Source: Torpedo marmorata (lineage: Eukaryota). From it: a stretch of DNA of 64,000 nt. Of this stretch, positions 12,431 to 24,110 are shown piece after piece; the first letter of the stretch is position 1, and each line of letters starts with the position of its first letter. The position numbers and the translations under genes are program-made. The stretch covers positions 79,174,001-79,238,000 of the forward strand of contig OZ360232.1 in assembly GCA_977017645.1 (NCBI GenBank), given 5' to 3'. The notes under the pieces were generated by a model. That model was not told where the DNA came from, did not search any database, and saw nothing but the letters and a program-made list of their open reading frames with translations.

Positions 12431-12938
12431 TGTATATGCCGGCGTATAAGACTGTCATTGAACATTTAAAATATCACCCCAAAACCAGGGGTCATCTTGT
12501 TCAACCTTAACAGCGAAGTTTCAGTGCTCCCCCACGCCAAGTATAAAATACAAACCTTAATAACGAAGTCTCAGCGCTCCCCCGTGCCAAGTTTAAAATC
12601 CGAATCTTAACTGCAAAGTCTCAGCGCTCCCCTGCGGGGTCCATCCGTCCAGTCTAACTGCCGTCAGCTCTGTACAGGCTTTAAACGGCCTGTTAAAGGA
12701 GCTGCCGGTGGTTTATTTTAAAATGTGCTTATAAAATTTAAACCTTTATTGGGTAATTTGATTTTAAAATATTGTGAAATAGTATATTAAATCTGCCTTG
12801 CAGCATCACTCCACTGGTCAGCAGTAAGTGCCAGACTTGGGGTAGTCTTATACAGTGAGTATAGCTCAAAACCTACATTTTAGGTGGAAATTCCTGGATC
12901 GACTTATACGCAAGTCGTCTTGTACACTGGCATATATG
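12431..12938. mobile_element. pogo-related MITE with three ~50-bp internal tandem repeats
   Basis: Imperfect TIRs CTGTATATGCCGGCGTATAAGAC / GTCTTGTACACTGGCATATATGG resembling the 7656-9514 ends; repeats AACCTTAACAGCGAAGT..CAGCGCTCCCC at ~12503-12632. Confidence 0.7.
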
Positions 12939-13429
12939 GGACTCAGATTCTAGGCCTGTGACCAATGGTGTGCTGCAGGGATCGTTGCTGGGTCCATTTA
13001 GCATGGTCAATAAGTTTGTGGATTACACCAAAATTGGTGGCATGGTGGACAGTGAAATAGGTTGTCTAAGTTACAACAGGAAAGTGGGCCAAAGAATGGC
13101 AGATTGAATTTAACTCTGACATGCGCCAGGTATTGCACTTGGGTAGGTTAAACCAGGGCAGGACTTGCTCAGTGAATGGTAGGGCCCTTGGGAGTGTTAT
13201 AGAACAAAGACTTAGGGGTACAATTACATAGTTTCCTGAAAGTGGAGATATGGGTAGACAGATGAAGGCATTTGGCATGCTTGCCTTCATCGGTCAGGGC
13301 ACTGAGTACAAAAACAGGGACATGTAACAGTTGAACAAGAAAGTCTGCAGATGCTGTGATTGTAGTTCAATGCACAAAGGTGCTGGAGAAATTCAGCAGG
13401 TCGCACAGGGTTCTTTATTTAGCAATGGT

Positions 13430-15231
13430 AAAAGGAAAGCGAGGGACAAAATTGGTCCCTTAGAGAATCAGAGCGGAAAACTGTGTGTGGAGCCTAGAGA
13501 AATGGGGGAGATATTGAACAGTTTCTTTTCTTCGGTATTCACCAAGGAGAAGGATATTGAGATATGCCAGATAAAAAAAGCAAATTGGGTAAATATGGAG
13601 AATATACGGATTACGAAAGATGTAGTGTTAGGGCTTTTGAGGCATATAAAGGTGGATAAGTCTCCGGGACCCGACGGGATCTTCCCCAGGACCTTGAGAG
13701 AAGTAAGTGAAGAAATAGCAGAGGCTCTGACGGTGATTTTCCAAATGTCATTAGAGATGGGGATAGTGCCAGAGGATTGGCGTATTGCGCATGTGGTTCC
13801 GTTATTTAAAAAGGGTTCAAGGAGGAAGCCTGGCAATTATCGGCCTGTAAGTTTGATGTTTGTGGTAGGTAAATTAATGGAGAAAGTTCTCAGAGATAGT
13901 ACTTATAAATATCTGGATAGACAGGGTCTGATCAGGAACTCTCAACACGGATTTGTGAGCGGAAGGTCCTGTTTGACCAATCTGATTGAATTTTTTGAAG
14001 AGGTGACTAGGAATGTGGATGAGGGTAGCGCGGTGGATGTTGTCTATATGGACTTCAGTAAGGCCTTCGATAAGGTTCCGCATGGAAGGTTAGTTAGGAA
14101 GGTGCAGTCTTTAGGTATAAATTCTGAGATAGTCAAATGGATTGAACATTGGCTGGAAGGGAGAGGCCAGAGAGTGGTAGTGGATAATTGTCTGTCAGGT
14201 TGGAGGCCGGTGACCAGCGGTGTGCCTCAGGGATCTGTATTGGGCCCGTTGTTGTTCGTTATATATATCAATGATCTAGATGATGGGGTGGTAAACTGGA
14301 TTAGTAAATATGCAGATGATACTAAGATAGGTGGAATAGTGGATAATGAAGAAGGTTTTCAAGGATTGCAGAGGGATTTGGGCTGCTTAGAAAAGTGGGC
14401 TGAAAAATGGCAGATGGAGTTTAATGCTGATAAGTGTGAGGTGCTTCATTTTGGTAAGAAGAATCAGAACAGGACATATGTAGTAAATGGGAGAGCATTG
14501 ATGAATACAGAAGAGCAGAAAGATTTAGGAATAACGGTGCATCGTTCCCTGAAGGTGGAAACTCATGTGAATAGGGTGGTGAAGGAGGCTTTTAGTATGC
14601 TGGCCTTTATCAATCATTGCATAGAATATAGGAGTTGGGAAGTGATGTTGAGATTATATAAGGCTTTGGTGTGGCCTAATTTAGAGTTCTGTGTGCAGTT
14701 CTGGTCGCCAAATTATAGGAAGGATATCAACAAGGTGGAGAGAGTGCAGAGAAGGTTTACCAGAATGTTACCTGGGTTTAAGAATCTAGAGTACAAGGAG
14801 AGATTGAGCAGATTAGGTCTTTATTCTTTGGAGCGTAGAAGGTTGAGAGGGGATTTGATAGAGGTATTTAAAATTATGAAAGGGATAGACAGAGTGGATG
14901 TGGATAGACTATTTCCATTAAGAATAGGAGAGATTGAAACAAGAGGACATGAGCTAAGAGTTAAGGGGCAGAGGTTTAGAGGTAACATGAGGGGGAACTT
15001 CTTTACCCAGAGAGTGGTAGCGGTGTGGAATGAGCTTCCGGGAGAAGTAGTGGCGGCAGAGTCAATTTTATTATTTAAGAAAAAGTTGGACAAGTATATG
15101 GATGAGAAGGAAGTGGAGGGTTATGGGCAAGGTGCAGGTAGGTGGGACTAGATAGGAATGTTTGGTTCGGTGCGGACTGGAAGGGCCTAATGGCCTGTTT
15201 CCGTGCTGTAATTGTTATATGGTTATATGGT
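13430..15231 (+). mobile_element. Young 5'-truncated CR1 LINE with uninterrupted RT ORF
   Basis: ORF 13331..15151: KSPGPDG, GNYRPVSL, QHGF, DFSKAFDKVPH, GVPQGSVLGP, KYADD; CR1-type 3' end GGCCTGTTTCCGTGCTGTA + (ATATGGTT)n tail. Confidence 0.95.
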
Positions 15232-16019
15232 TAAAGATATGTAACCAACATTTTGGGTCTGAGCCCTTTATCAAGGTATGATCAAAAGGCAGTCAGGCGC
15301 CTGAATAAAATGGTGGGGGAGAGGCAGGGGGAGGAGCACAGGCCTATCGACAAGAAATCATGGGTGGATATGGGTGGGAGAAGAGATTTTTTTTAAAAGC
15401 TGGGAAGTGATGGGGGAGGGGATAGCTTTCTGAATGACATCATGTAACTAAAAGACACTGGTGACACTATACTTGGAATATTGTGTGCAGTTTTAGTCAC
15501 CCATTTATAGGAAAGGTAACATAAAGCTGGCAAGCTTGCAGAAAAGATTCATGAGTGTTGCTAGATCTGGTCGGCTTGAATCATAGAGGCTGGCTAGGCT
15601 GGAACTTTTCGCCCTGGAGCATGGGAGGCTCAGGGGGACCTTGATAAGAGGTTTGTAAAATGAGGGATATAGTCAAGGTAAATAATCATAGCCATTTTCC
15701 CAGGACGGGAATCGAAAATGAGAGGGCACAGAAGAGAAAGTTTAAAAGGAACCTGAGGGGCACCTTCACACAGAGGGTGGAATTGTTTGAAATAAGCTGC
15801 CAGAGGAAGTGGTAGAACTGGGAACAATTGTAACGTTCAAAAGACTTTTAGAGAAGTATGTTATAGGTAAGATTGGGAGGAATAGGGAAGATTGGGAGGA
15901 ATAGGGGTTGAATTCGGGGAAAATAGTTGACCTGAAAAAGTTGGGCCAGTGACCTGTTTCAGTTGTAGAACTCAGACTGTATGGAGTGCTGTGTAATTAT
16001 CTCTGAGATATTTGGCCAA

Positions 16020-19000
16020 GGCCACCCAGGCCATGCCCTCTTCACACTGCTACTATCGGGAAGAAGGTACAGGAGCCCGAGGACGAACATCCAGTGGCAC
16101 AAGGACAGCTTCTTTCCCTCTGCCATCAGATTTCTGAAGAAAAAAATAACCACAGACACTACCTCACTTTCTCTTAATTTTGCACTAATTTATTTATTTT
16201 CAAATGTAATTTTATAGCAATATCAGAATCAGAATTTATTGTCATGAACAAGTCATGAAATTCGGTGTTTTGCGGCAGCATCATACTGCAATTAACATTC
16301 ATATTAACCATCTAACGACATTACTATACAAAATTATAAACAATAGTGCACGAAAAGCAAGGTAGTGTCTCTGGTTCATTGATTATTCAGGAATCTGATG
16401 GCAGCGGGGAAGAAGCTGTCCTTGTGCCGTTGAGTGCTCGTCTTTAGGCTCCTGTACCTTTTTCCCGATGGTAGCAGAGTGAAGAGGGCATGGCCTGGGT
16501 GGTGGGGGTCCTTGAGGATAGAGGCTGCTTTTTTAAGACACCGCCTCATGTAGATGTCCTCGATGGAGTGAAGTTTGGTGCCTGCGAGTTAACAACCTTC
16601 TGGAGTTTACTCTTGTCCTGGGAGTTGGCGCCGCCATACCAGGCAGTGATGCAACCAGCCAGAATGCTCTCCACAGTACACCTGTAGAAGTTTACGAGAG
16701 TCTTTGGTGACATACCGAATCTCCGCAAACACCTCACAAAGTAGAGCCGCTGACGAGCCTTCTTTGTGATTGCATCCACGTGGATGCTCCAGGACAGATC
16801 CTCGGAGATGTTGACACCCAGGAATTTGAAGTTCTTGACCCTCTCCACTACTGAGCCCTCGATGAGGACTGGGTCGTGTTCCCCTGACTTCCTCCGGAAG
16901 TCCACAATCATCTCCTTGGTTTTGCTGACGTTGAGCTCAAGGTTTTTGTCATTACACCATTCAACGAGCTGATCTATCTCCCTCCTGTACGCTTCCTCAT
17001 TGCCATTTGTGATTCTGCCGACAACTGTGGTGTCATCGGCAAACTTGTACATGGCATTGGAATTGTGCCTGGCCACACAGTCATGAGTGTATAACGAGTC
17101 GAGCAGTGGACTAAGCACGCATCCTTGGGGTGCGCCTGTGTTGATAATCGGTGAGGAGGAGACGTTGTTTCCAATTCGTACTGACTGTGGTCTTCCAATG
17201 AGAAAGTCAAGGATCCAGTTGCAGAGGGGGGTACAGAGGCCTAGAGTTTGTAGTTTCTTGACCAGCACTGAGGGAATAATGGTATTGAAGGCCGAGCTGT
17301 AGTCGATGAAGAGCAACTGTATGTATGAATTGCTGTTTTCGAGGTGATCCAGAGCTGAGTGGAGAGCCAGCGATATTGCATCTGCTGTGGAGCGATTGTG
17401 GCGATAGGCGAATTGCAGTGGGTCCAGATCTTTGCTTAGGTATGTGTTAATTCTGGCCATGACCAGCCTCTCAAAGCACTTCATCACAGTAGAAGTTAGT
17501 GCTACTGGGCGGTAGTCGTTGAGGCAGCTCACACTGCTCTTCTTGGGTACCGGGATGATTGATGCCCTTTTGAAGCAGGTGGGAACCTCTGACTGCCGCA
17601 ATGAGAGGTTGAAAATGTCCGTGAACACTCCAGCTAGTTGGTTGGCGCAGATTTTCAATACCCTGCCAGGTACGCCGTCAGGGCCTGACGCCTTGCGAGG
17701 GTTCACCCTCTTGAATGATGTTCTGACGTCGCCCTCAGAGACAGATATCACAGGGTCCTCAGCCTTTTCAGGGATTCTATTAGGCACTGTTTTGTTCTCC
17801 TTCTCAAAGCGGGTGTAGAAGGTGTTCAGCTCATCGGGTAGTGAAGCATCACAGCTGTCTATAGTGTTCGCCCTCGCTTTGTAGGCTGTAATGGCCTGCA
17901 CTCCCTGCCATAGCTGGCGTGTATCTGTCTCTGTCTCTAGCTTCCTCCGGAATTGCCACTTTGCTTCAGAGATGGCCTTCCGCAGGTCGTGCCTGGACTT
18001 TTTGTAAAGATCCCGGTCCCTGGCCTTAAAAGCCCTTGTTCTCGTCCTCAGCAGGTTGCGAATCTTTGATTCATCCAGGGCTTCTGGTTGGGGAACACCC
18101 GGTATTTGCGCGTGGGCACACACTCCTCCACGCAGGTCTTGATGAAGTCGGTGACACCTGTTGCGTATTCATTTAGGTCTATGGCTGAGTGCTTGAATAT
18201 GTTCCAGTCCACCGATTCAAAGCAGTCCTGCAGACTCTCCTCCGCCTCCCTCGACCACACTTTCGCCGTCCTCACAACTAGTGCTATGGTCTTCAATCTC
18301 TGCTTGTACGCCGGGAGTAGAAGTACAGCCAGGTGATCAAACTTGCCGAAGTGCGGTCGTGGTATGGCTCGGTATGCGTTTTCACGGTGGTGTAGCAGTG
18401 GTCGAGTGTGTTGGTTCCCCTGGTCTCGCAAGTGATGTGTTGGTGGTAGTTTGTCAGTGACTTCTTCAGATTGGCCTGATTGAAGTCTCCCACAATGATC
18501 GGGAAGGCATCAGGATGTGCTGTCTTATGGCTGTTTATCACAGTGCTCAGTCCCTCCAGTGCCAGCCTGACGTTAGCCTGGGGCGGAATGTACACTGCGA
18601 CCAGGATGATGGCGGTGAACTCCCTCGGCAGATAGAATGGGCGACACTTGATTGCCAGATGTTCCAGGTCGGGGGAGCAGGACTGGGACATGACCGTCTC
18701 GTCTGTGCACCACGATGAATTGATGATGACACACACGCCCCCTCCCCTGGTTTTTCCAGACGCTGGTGTTCAGTCAGCGCGATGGAGGGTGTAGCCCTTG
18801 GGCTGTAGCGCCGTGTCCAGAATGTCCTTGTTTAGCCACGTTTCTGTAAAGCACATCACGCAGCACTCCATGATGACTCTGATGTTGAAGTCTGGCTTGG
18901 AGTTCATCAAATTTGTTCTCCAAGGATTGTACGTTGGCCAGGAGGATGGCAGGGAGCGGAAGCTTCATGTTCCCGCGTCTCAGCTTGACTTGTAGCCCCC

Positions 19001-19122
19001 CCTCTGCGTCCACGTGGTCGGGACTTCTTCACCTGGCCCTTGGGTCAGGTATTTACACTGTAAATCTTCTGGGGAAAACAACAAATTTCGTGACATGTTC
19101 ATGACAATAAATTCTGATTCTG
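16020..19122 (+). mobile_element. Short older Rex1-like 3' fragment split into 16020-16222 and ~19050-19122 by the younger antisense Rex1
   Basis: HPGHALFTLLLSGRRYRS...DSFFPSAIR C-terminus at 16020-16140; tail GACAATAAATTCTGATTCTG at 19103-19122. Confidence 0.65.
16224..19050 (-). mobile_element. Rex1/Babar-clade LINE, near full-length EN+RT, frameshifted
   Basis: ORFs 18774..19013 (LLANVQSLENK), 18293..18736 (VYIPP, GDFNQ, TLDHCY), 18048..18431, 16546..18123 (NDYRPVALTS, GAPQGCVLSP, KFADD); (TTCTGA)n tail. Confidence 0.92.
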
Positions 19123-19457
19123 TGAAAAATGCAGGATAATCGTGTAGAAGAAATAACACTCAATTAGCTTCCAGTGTTGATATTTAAAAGGGTTGTTACC
19201 CAGTGCTACAGAGCCTAATGATTGGATTGCACCTCTGGTTGATCTGTGGACATCTCTCGCAACATGCTGTGCAGTTCTCTCCTGCTGGTGGATTCCTGAA
19301 ACCACTCATTTACACACATGCATATGTGTATGCTTCCACCATGATTTAAACCAAAAAATGCTGGAAATGCCCAGTAGATCATTTGGTATCTTTAGAAAGA
19401 AATACAGTTAATGTTTCAGCTCTGGGACCCTTCATTAGAACTGGGAAAGAGAGAAGT

Positions 19458-20800
19458 AAAAACACAAAGCTGGAGAAACTCAGCAGGTCAAGCAGTGTCC
19501 TTTATATAGCAAAGGTAAAAATACATAACTGCCGTTTCGGGCTTGAGCCCTTCAACAAGGTATGGAAAAATGTCAGCAGGCGTCCGAACAAAACAGTAGG
19601 GGGTAGGGGTGGAGAAGGGAGGGAGGGCACAGCAGCTATCAAGGGGAGGAGGGATGGCTAGGTGAAGGGAGGGGGAAGGGAATGGGGGAGGGGGAAGAGG
19701 AGAGCATGTTATCAGAAACCGGAAAAGTCGATGTTAATGCTATCTGGCTAGAGAGTGCCCAGACGGAAAATCAGGTGTTGATCCTCCAATTTGCAGGTGG
19801 TCTTGGTGGGACAGTACATAAGGCCATGGACAGACGTGGGAGTGTGACACAGAACGGAAATGGTTGGCTACTGGGAGGTCTCTGTCACTGGTGCTCAACG
19901 AAGTGATCTCCCAATCTGCGCCCAGTCTCTCCGATATAGAGAAGTCCACAAAGGGAGCACCAAATGCAGTAAATTAGTCCTGCGGATACACAAGTGAAGC
20001 GTTGCTTCACTTGAAAGGCCTGTTTGGGGCCCCGGACGGTGGTGAGGGAGGAGGTGTGGGCGCAAGTGTGGCACCCCCTGCGGCCACAGGGGAAGGTGCC
20101 GGGGGGGCGATTGGTGGGGAGGGATGAGTGCACGAGGGAGTCACGGAGGGAGCAGTTCTAACGGAAGGCAGAGAGGGGAAGATGTGTCTGGTAGTGCGAT
20201 CCTGTTGTAAGTGCCGGAAATTCCGCAGGATAATGTGTTGGATGCAGAGGCTGGTGGGATGGTAGTTGAGGATAAGGGGGATTCTATGTTTGTTGCTTCT
20301 GGGGGAAGAGGGGGCCAGGGCAGATGAGCAGGAAATGGAGGAGATGCGGGTGAGGGCTAAGCTGGTGGTGGAGGGGAAGCCACGTTTGTGGAAGAAGGCA
20401 GACATTTCGGAAGATCTGGACTGGAAGACCTCATCTTGGGAACAGATGCGACGGAGAAATTGAGAGAAGGGGATAGAATCCTTGCAGGGGACAGAGTGTG
20501 AGGAAGTGCAGTCAAGGTAGTTGTGGGTGTTAGTGGATTTGTAATATATATTGGTGGAAAGCTTGTCTCCCGAGATGGAGACCGAGAGATCCAGGAAGGG
20601 GAGAGTTGTCGGAGATGGACCAGGTGAGTTTGAGATCGGGGTGGAAGTTGGCCGCGAAGTGGATGAAGTTGACAAGCTCATCGCGGGTGCATGAGGCAAC
20701 CCCGATGTAGTCATCAATATACCGGAAGAAGAGTTGAGGGGTCTTGCCTGTGTAGGCTTGCAGCATGGATTGCTCCACAAAGCCCACAAACAGACAGGTG
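19458..20800 (-). mobile_element. Penelope-like element, left arm of inverted pair (RT YIDD, GIY-YIG, pLTR)
   Basis: ORFs 20530..20862 (FFRYIDD), 20007..20789, 19885..20133 (LIYCI...LYIGETGR). Confidence 0.9.
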
Positions 20801-20839
20801 TACTCCTTTGATTTGGAGGAAGTGAGACGAGTTAAAGGA

Positions 20840-22073
20840 GAAGTACATCGGGGCTGCCTCATGCACCCGCGGTGAGCTTGTCAACTTCATTCACTTCGCG
20901 GCCAACTTCCACACCCTGTCCCCTGCAAGGATTCTATCCCCTTCTCTCAATTTCTCCGTCTCTGCCGCATCTGTTCCCAAGATGAGGTCTTCCAGTCCAG
21001 ATCTTCCGAAATGTCTGCCTTCCACAAACGTGGCTTCCCCACCACCACCATCAACTCAGCCCTCACCTGCATCTCCTCCATTTCCTGCTCATCTGCCCTG
21101 GCCCCCTCTTCCCCCAGACGCAACAAACATAGAATCCCCCTTATCCTCACCTACCACCCCACCAGCTTCCGCATCCAACATATTATCCTGCGGAATCTCC
21201 GGCACTTACAACAGGATCGCACTACCAGACACATCTTCCCCTCTCCTCCCCTCTCTGCCTTCCTTATGACCGCACCCTCCGTGACTCCCTCATGCACTCA
21301 TCCCTCCCCACGAATCCCCCCCCCACCGGCACCTTCCACTGTGGCTGCAGGAGGTGCCACACTTGCACCCACACCACCTCCCTCACCACGGTCCTGGGCC
21401 CCATACAGGCCTTTCAAGTGAAGCAACACTTCACTTGTGTATCTGCAGGACTGGTTTACTGCATCCGGTGCTCCCTTTGTGGCCTTCTCTATATCGGAGA
21501 GACTGGGCACAGATTAGGAGATCGCTTCGCTGAGCACCTTCGCTCCGTCCGCACCAGTGATAGAGACCTCCCAGTAGCCAACCATTTCCATTCTGTGTCA
21601 CACTCCCGCACTCGCATGTCTGTCCATGGCCTTATGTACTGTCCCACCAAGACCACCCGCAAATTGGAGGAACAACACCTGATTTTCCGTCTGGGCACTC
21701 TCTAGCCAGATGGCATTAACATCGACTTTTCTGGTTTCTGCTAACCTGCTCTCCTCTTCCCCCTCCCCCCTTCCCTTCCCCTTTCCAGTTCTCCTCCCTC
21801 CCTTCACCTAGCCATCCCTCCTCCCCTTGATCGCTGCTGTCCCCACCCTCCCTTCTCCACGTATCACCTCCTGCCTTTGCATCCACCCCTCCCCCCCTAC
21901 TCTTTTGTTTGGATGCCTGCTGACATTTTTCCATACCTTGACGAAGGGTTCAAGCCCGAAACGTCGGTTATGTATTTTTACCTTTGCTATATAAAGGACA
22001 CTGCTTGACCTGAGTTTCTCCAGCTTTGTGGTTTTACTTCAACAACGGTGTCTGCAGATTTTCGTGTTTTACT
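20840..22073 (+). mobile_element. Penelope-like element, right arm of inverted pair (GIY-YIG, pLTR with hammerhead motif)
   Basis: ORFs 21011..21421 and 21292..21705; reverse complement of the left arm; pair flanked by TGGGAAAGAGA(G/A)AAGT direct repeats at ~19442 and ~22074. Confidence 0.9.
21932..21972 (+). ncRNA. Minimal type I hammerhead ribozyme motif in Penelope pLTR
   Basis: CATACC-TTGACGA-A-GGG ttcaag CCC-GAAA-CG-TC-GGTTATG: CUGANGA-like core variant, stem II, GAAA, palindromic ACGT stem III, GUC triplet, bulged stem I. Confidence 0.65.
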
Positions 22074-23225
22074 TGGGAAAGAGAAAAGTTTGTTTTTACT
22101 GGCAGAGGGGTGGGAGAGGAATGGGTGAAGAAAGTGAATATCTCTGACAGGATGAGACCAAATGACAATGTGGCAGTTAAATAGTAGTTAAGTCCACCCA
22201 TATTTATTTGTGGAATGTGCTGCTAATTGTAAGGTTGTGGGCCATGGCAGCAGGCCAGAGTAAACAAATGGGAAAGGTGGGGGGTGGGTCAGGGGAGGGG
22301 GAAGGAAAACTGAGCCAAAAAATGACAGGCAGAAATGGTCAATTCTGATACCCATACAGGAAAGGGATGAGTTAGTGAAAATTGGAGAATTTAATCAATG
22401 TTGTCTGAACTGCTGAGGGCAGTTTTTTTTAAATTTTCATGTAATTTATCCATTTTTCTTAACAATGATAGAACATAAAAAAGAAAGACCTTTGAGCATA
22501 CAGTGTGTAGGGTCAATTTTGTAGCCTTGTGCACAGTAGGTTCTTTAGGTCTCAAACACTAACATTAAGCAGTGATGAGCCTTTGAACAAAATATTCTTT
22601 GGCATGTCAACTGTGAATTATACTATATTTTTAACCAACAGACTTTATCCAGTGGATGAGGTTTCTAAAATGAGAAAATTTTAAAAGATGAAATGCAAGA
22701 TTTAGGTCACAAATAGGAGATTGGTCTTTTCACTGTAATTTTAGAGACAGGAATGGACTTTGAAGTTGGTAATTGAAACAGAACTTCAATATTTCCAACA
22801 GATAGTTAAACAAAGAAGTATGGGAGCAAGATAGTCAAATCAGTTTGGGTTTGTTGCTCCTGTGTGCAGTAAATATGGATTAAATAGCTTAATTTCATAA
22901 ACTTTGTGTAATTCTAGGTAGCTTTTTTTGTATATATGTGTATATATTCATATAAAATACATGTAATTTGGGAATGGCACCCATGCATGTGAAGGCATAA
23001 CTCTAATAGAGTGCAGTGGCACAATGGATCTCTGCATAGGACGTGAAAGTAAGGAGTAAAGTATTTGCTGGACCAGAGCTGAGAAAATTAGAGGGCATGC
23101 AGGGTGAATTCTTGGAAAGATTCTAATTGAGGGATGGAACTATTAGAGGAATCAGGTGGATTATTTTATGTGAGCGAGACTGCAAATATGTGAAGTTTGG
23201 AGGGATCAATGCATCCTAGTATATG

Positions 23226-23628
23226 TGTAAGGGTTAAAATGTATTACATGGTTGCAAGCAAATTCTGTATACAGCTTTTAAGATGTTGTTTACATATTCT
23301 TTTGAGTGTCTCCTGGCAATGTCTTCGAGTCAAGGTCTTACGGCTTGTTAGAGATTACACATGTTAGTTTAGTTTCCTTTGTTCTACGAAATGGAAGGAA
23401 TTAGTTTTGTTCCGACAATTTTATTGACCGTTTAACAAAGTTTTAGCACCATCTAACAAAGTTTTAACGGCTTCTAACAATGTATAGCAACTGATAATAA
23501 CGTTAACAATGTTTAATAAACTCTGGAAAACTCAACTCAACTTCAGTATGGATTTGTTTGAATGAGTCATAGACAACAACAAAATTCTAATATCCTCCAA
23601 GTGATTATAAATGAAAATAGTCGCTACA
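23226..23628 (+). repeat. BEL 5' LTR
   Basis: TGTAAGGGTT...GCTACA; direct repeat of 40478-40873. Confidence 0.95.
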
Positions 23629-23921
23629 ATTTTTAGTCACTAAAAATACAGAATTTAAGACAATAGAAAGTTGGAAATTGGATTTGGAATTTGGACTGGA
23701 TCGATTGGGCTCTGTTTAGAGCATTTCGAACTCAGGCACGATCCTCAACAGCATCATCAAGGCCATTGAAGAAGTGGTAAGCCTTACTAAAGGATTCCTT
23801 CTGTGTGTTTATTGCTAGTTAGAACACAGTTTGGCGAAACTGCCGCTTGTCCTTTGAGGACTGTTTTGGTTTTGGAGTTATTGTTGTGCAAATTTGATGT
23901 TTGAGTGCGATGGTCGGCTGA

Positions 23922-24110
23922 ATGGGTAAGATGGCAGCCGTCGCTGAAGCTGCTGCCCCTGAGGAGCTACGTGTCGAGAAGATGAAGGTCACGGAACTTA
24001 AAGAAGAATTGCAACGGTGGCAATTAGATACAAGTGGAAATAAAACTACTCTTCAAGCAAGACTGAATGAGGCAATAGAAAGAGAGAAGGTAATGGCTGC
24101 TGGAGTATAA
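23922..24110 (+). CDS. SAP-domain-like N-terminus of the BEL gag (now ends at a premature stop)
   Basis: KMKVTELKEELQRWQLDTSGNKTTLQARLNEA fits the SAP consensus LkVxeLkxeLxxRgLxtsGxKxxLxxRL; same frame as gag ORFs 24189..24404 and 24405.. Confidence 0.75.
   Translation: MGKMAAVAEAAAPEELRVEKMKVTELKEELQRWQLDTSGNKTTLQARLNEAIEREKVMAAGV

Larger units (their letters stand above)
12130..15960 (+). mobile_element. Old degraded CR1 LINE interrupted by a MITE (12431-12938), a Penelope LTR fragment (~13336-15436) and, within that, a young CR1
   Basis: Decayed CR1 RT motifs (CAGCATGGATTTG, TTTAGCAAGGCCTTTGACAAGGTCC, GCAGGGATCG) at 12130-13330, resuming colinearly at ~15445-15960. Confidence 0.7.

Noticed and set aside
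12503-12632. Regularly spaced repeats resembling a CRISPR array
   Set aside because: Eukaryotic context, contiguous tandem units without unique spacers, inside a MITE
13331-15151. 606-aa ORF as a domesticated RT gene
   Set aside because: N-terminus is read-through from flanking Penelope sequence; the rest is an ordinary 5'-truncated young CR1 lacking the endonuclease
15868-15907. 20-bp tandem duplication AAGATTGGGAGGAATAGGG
   Set aside because: Local slippage within a decayed CR1; no functional indication
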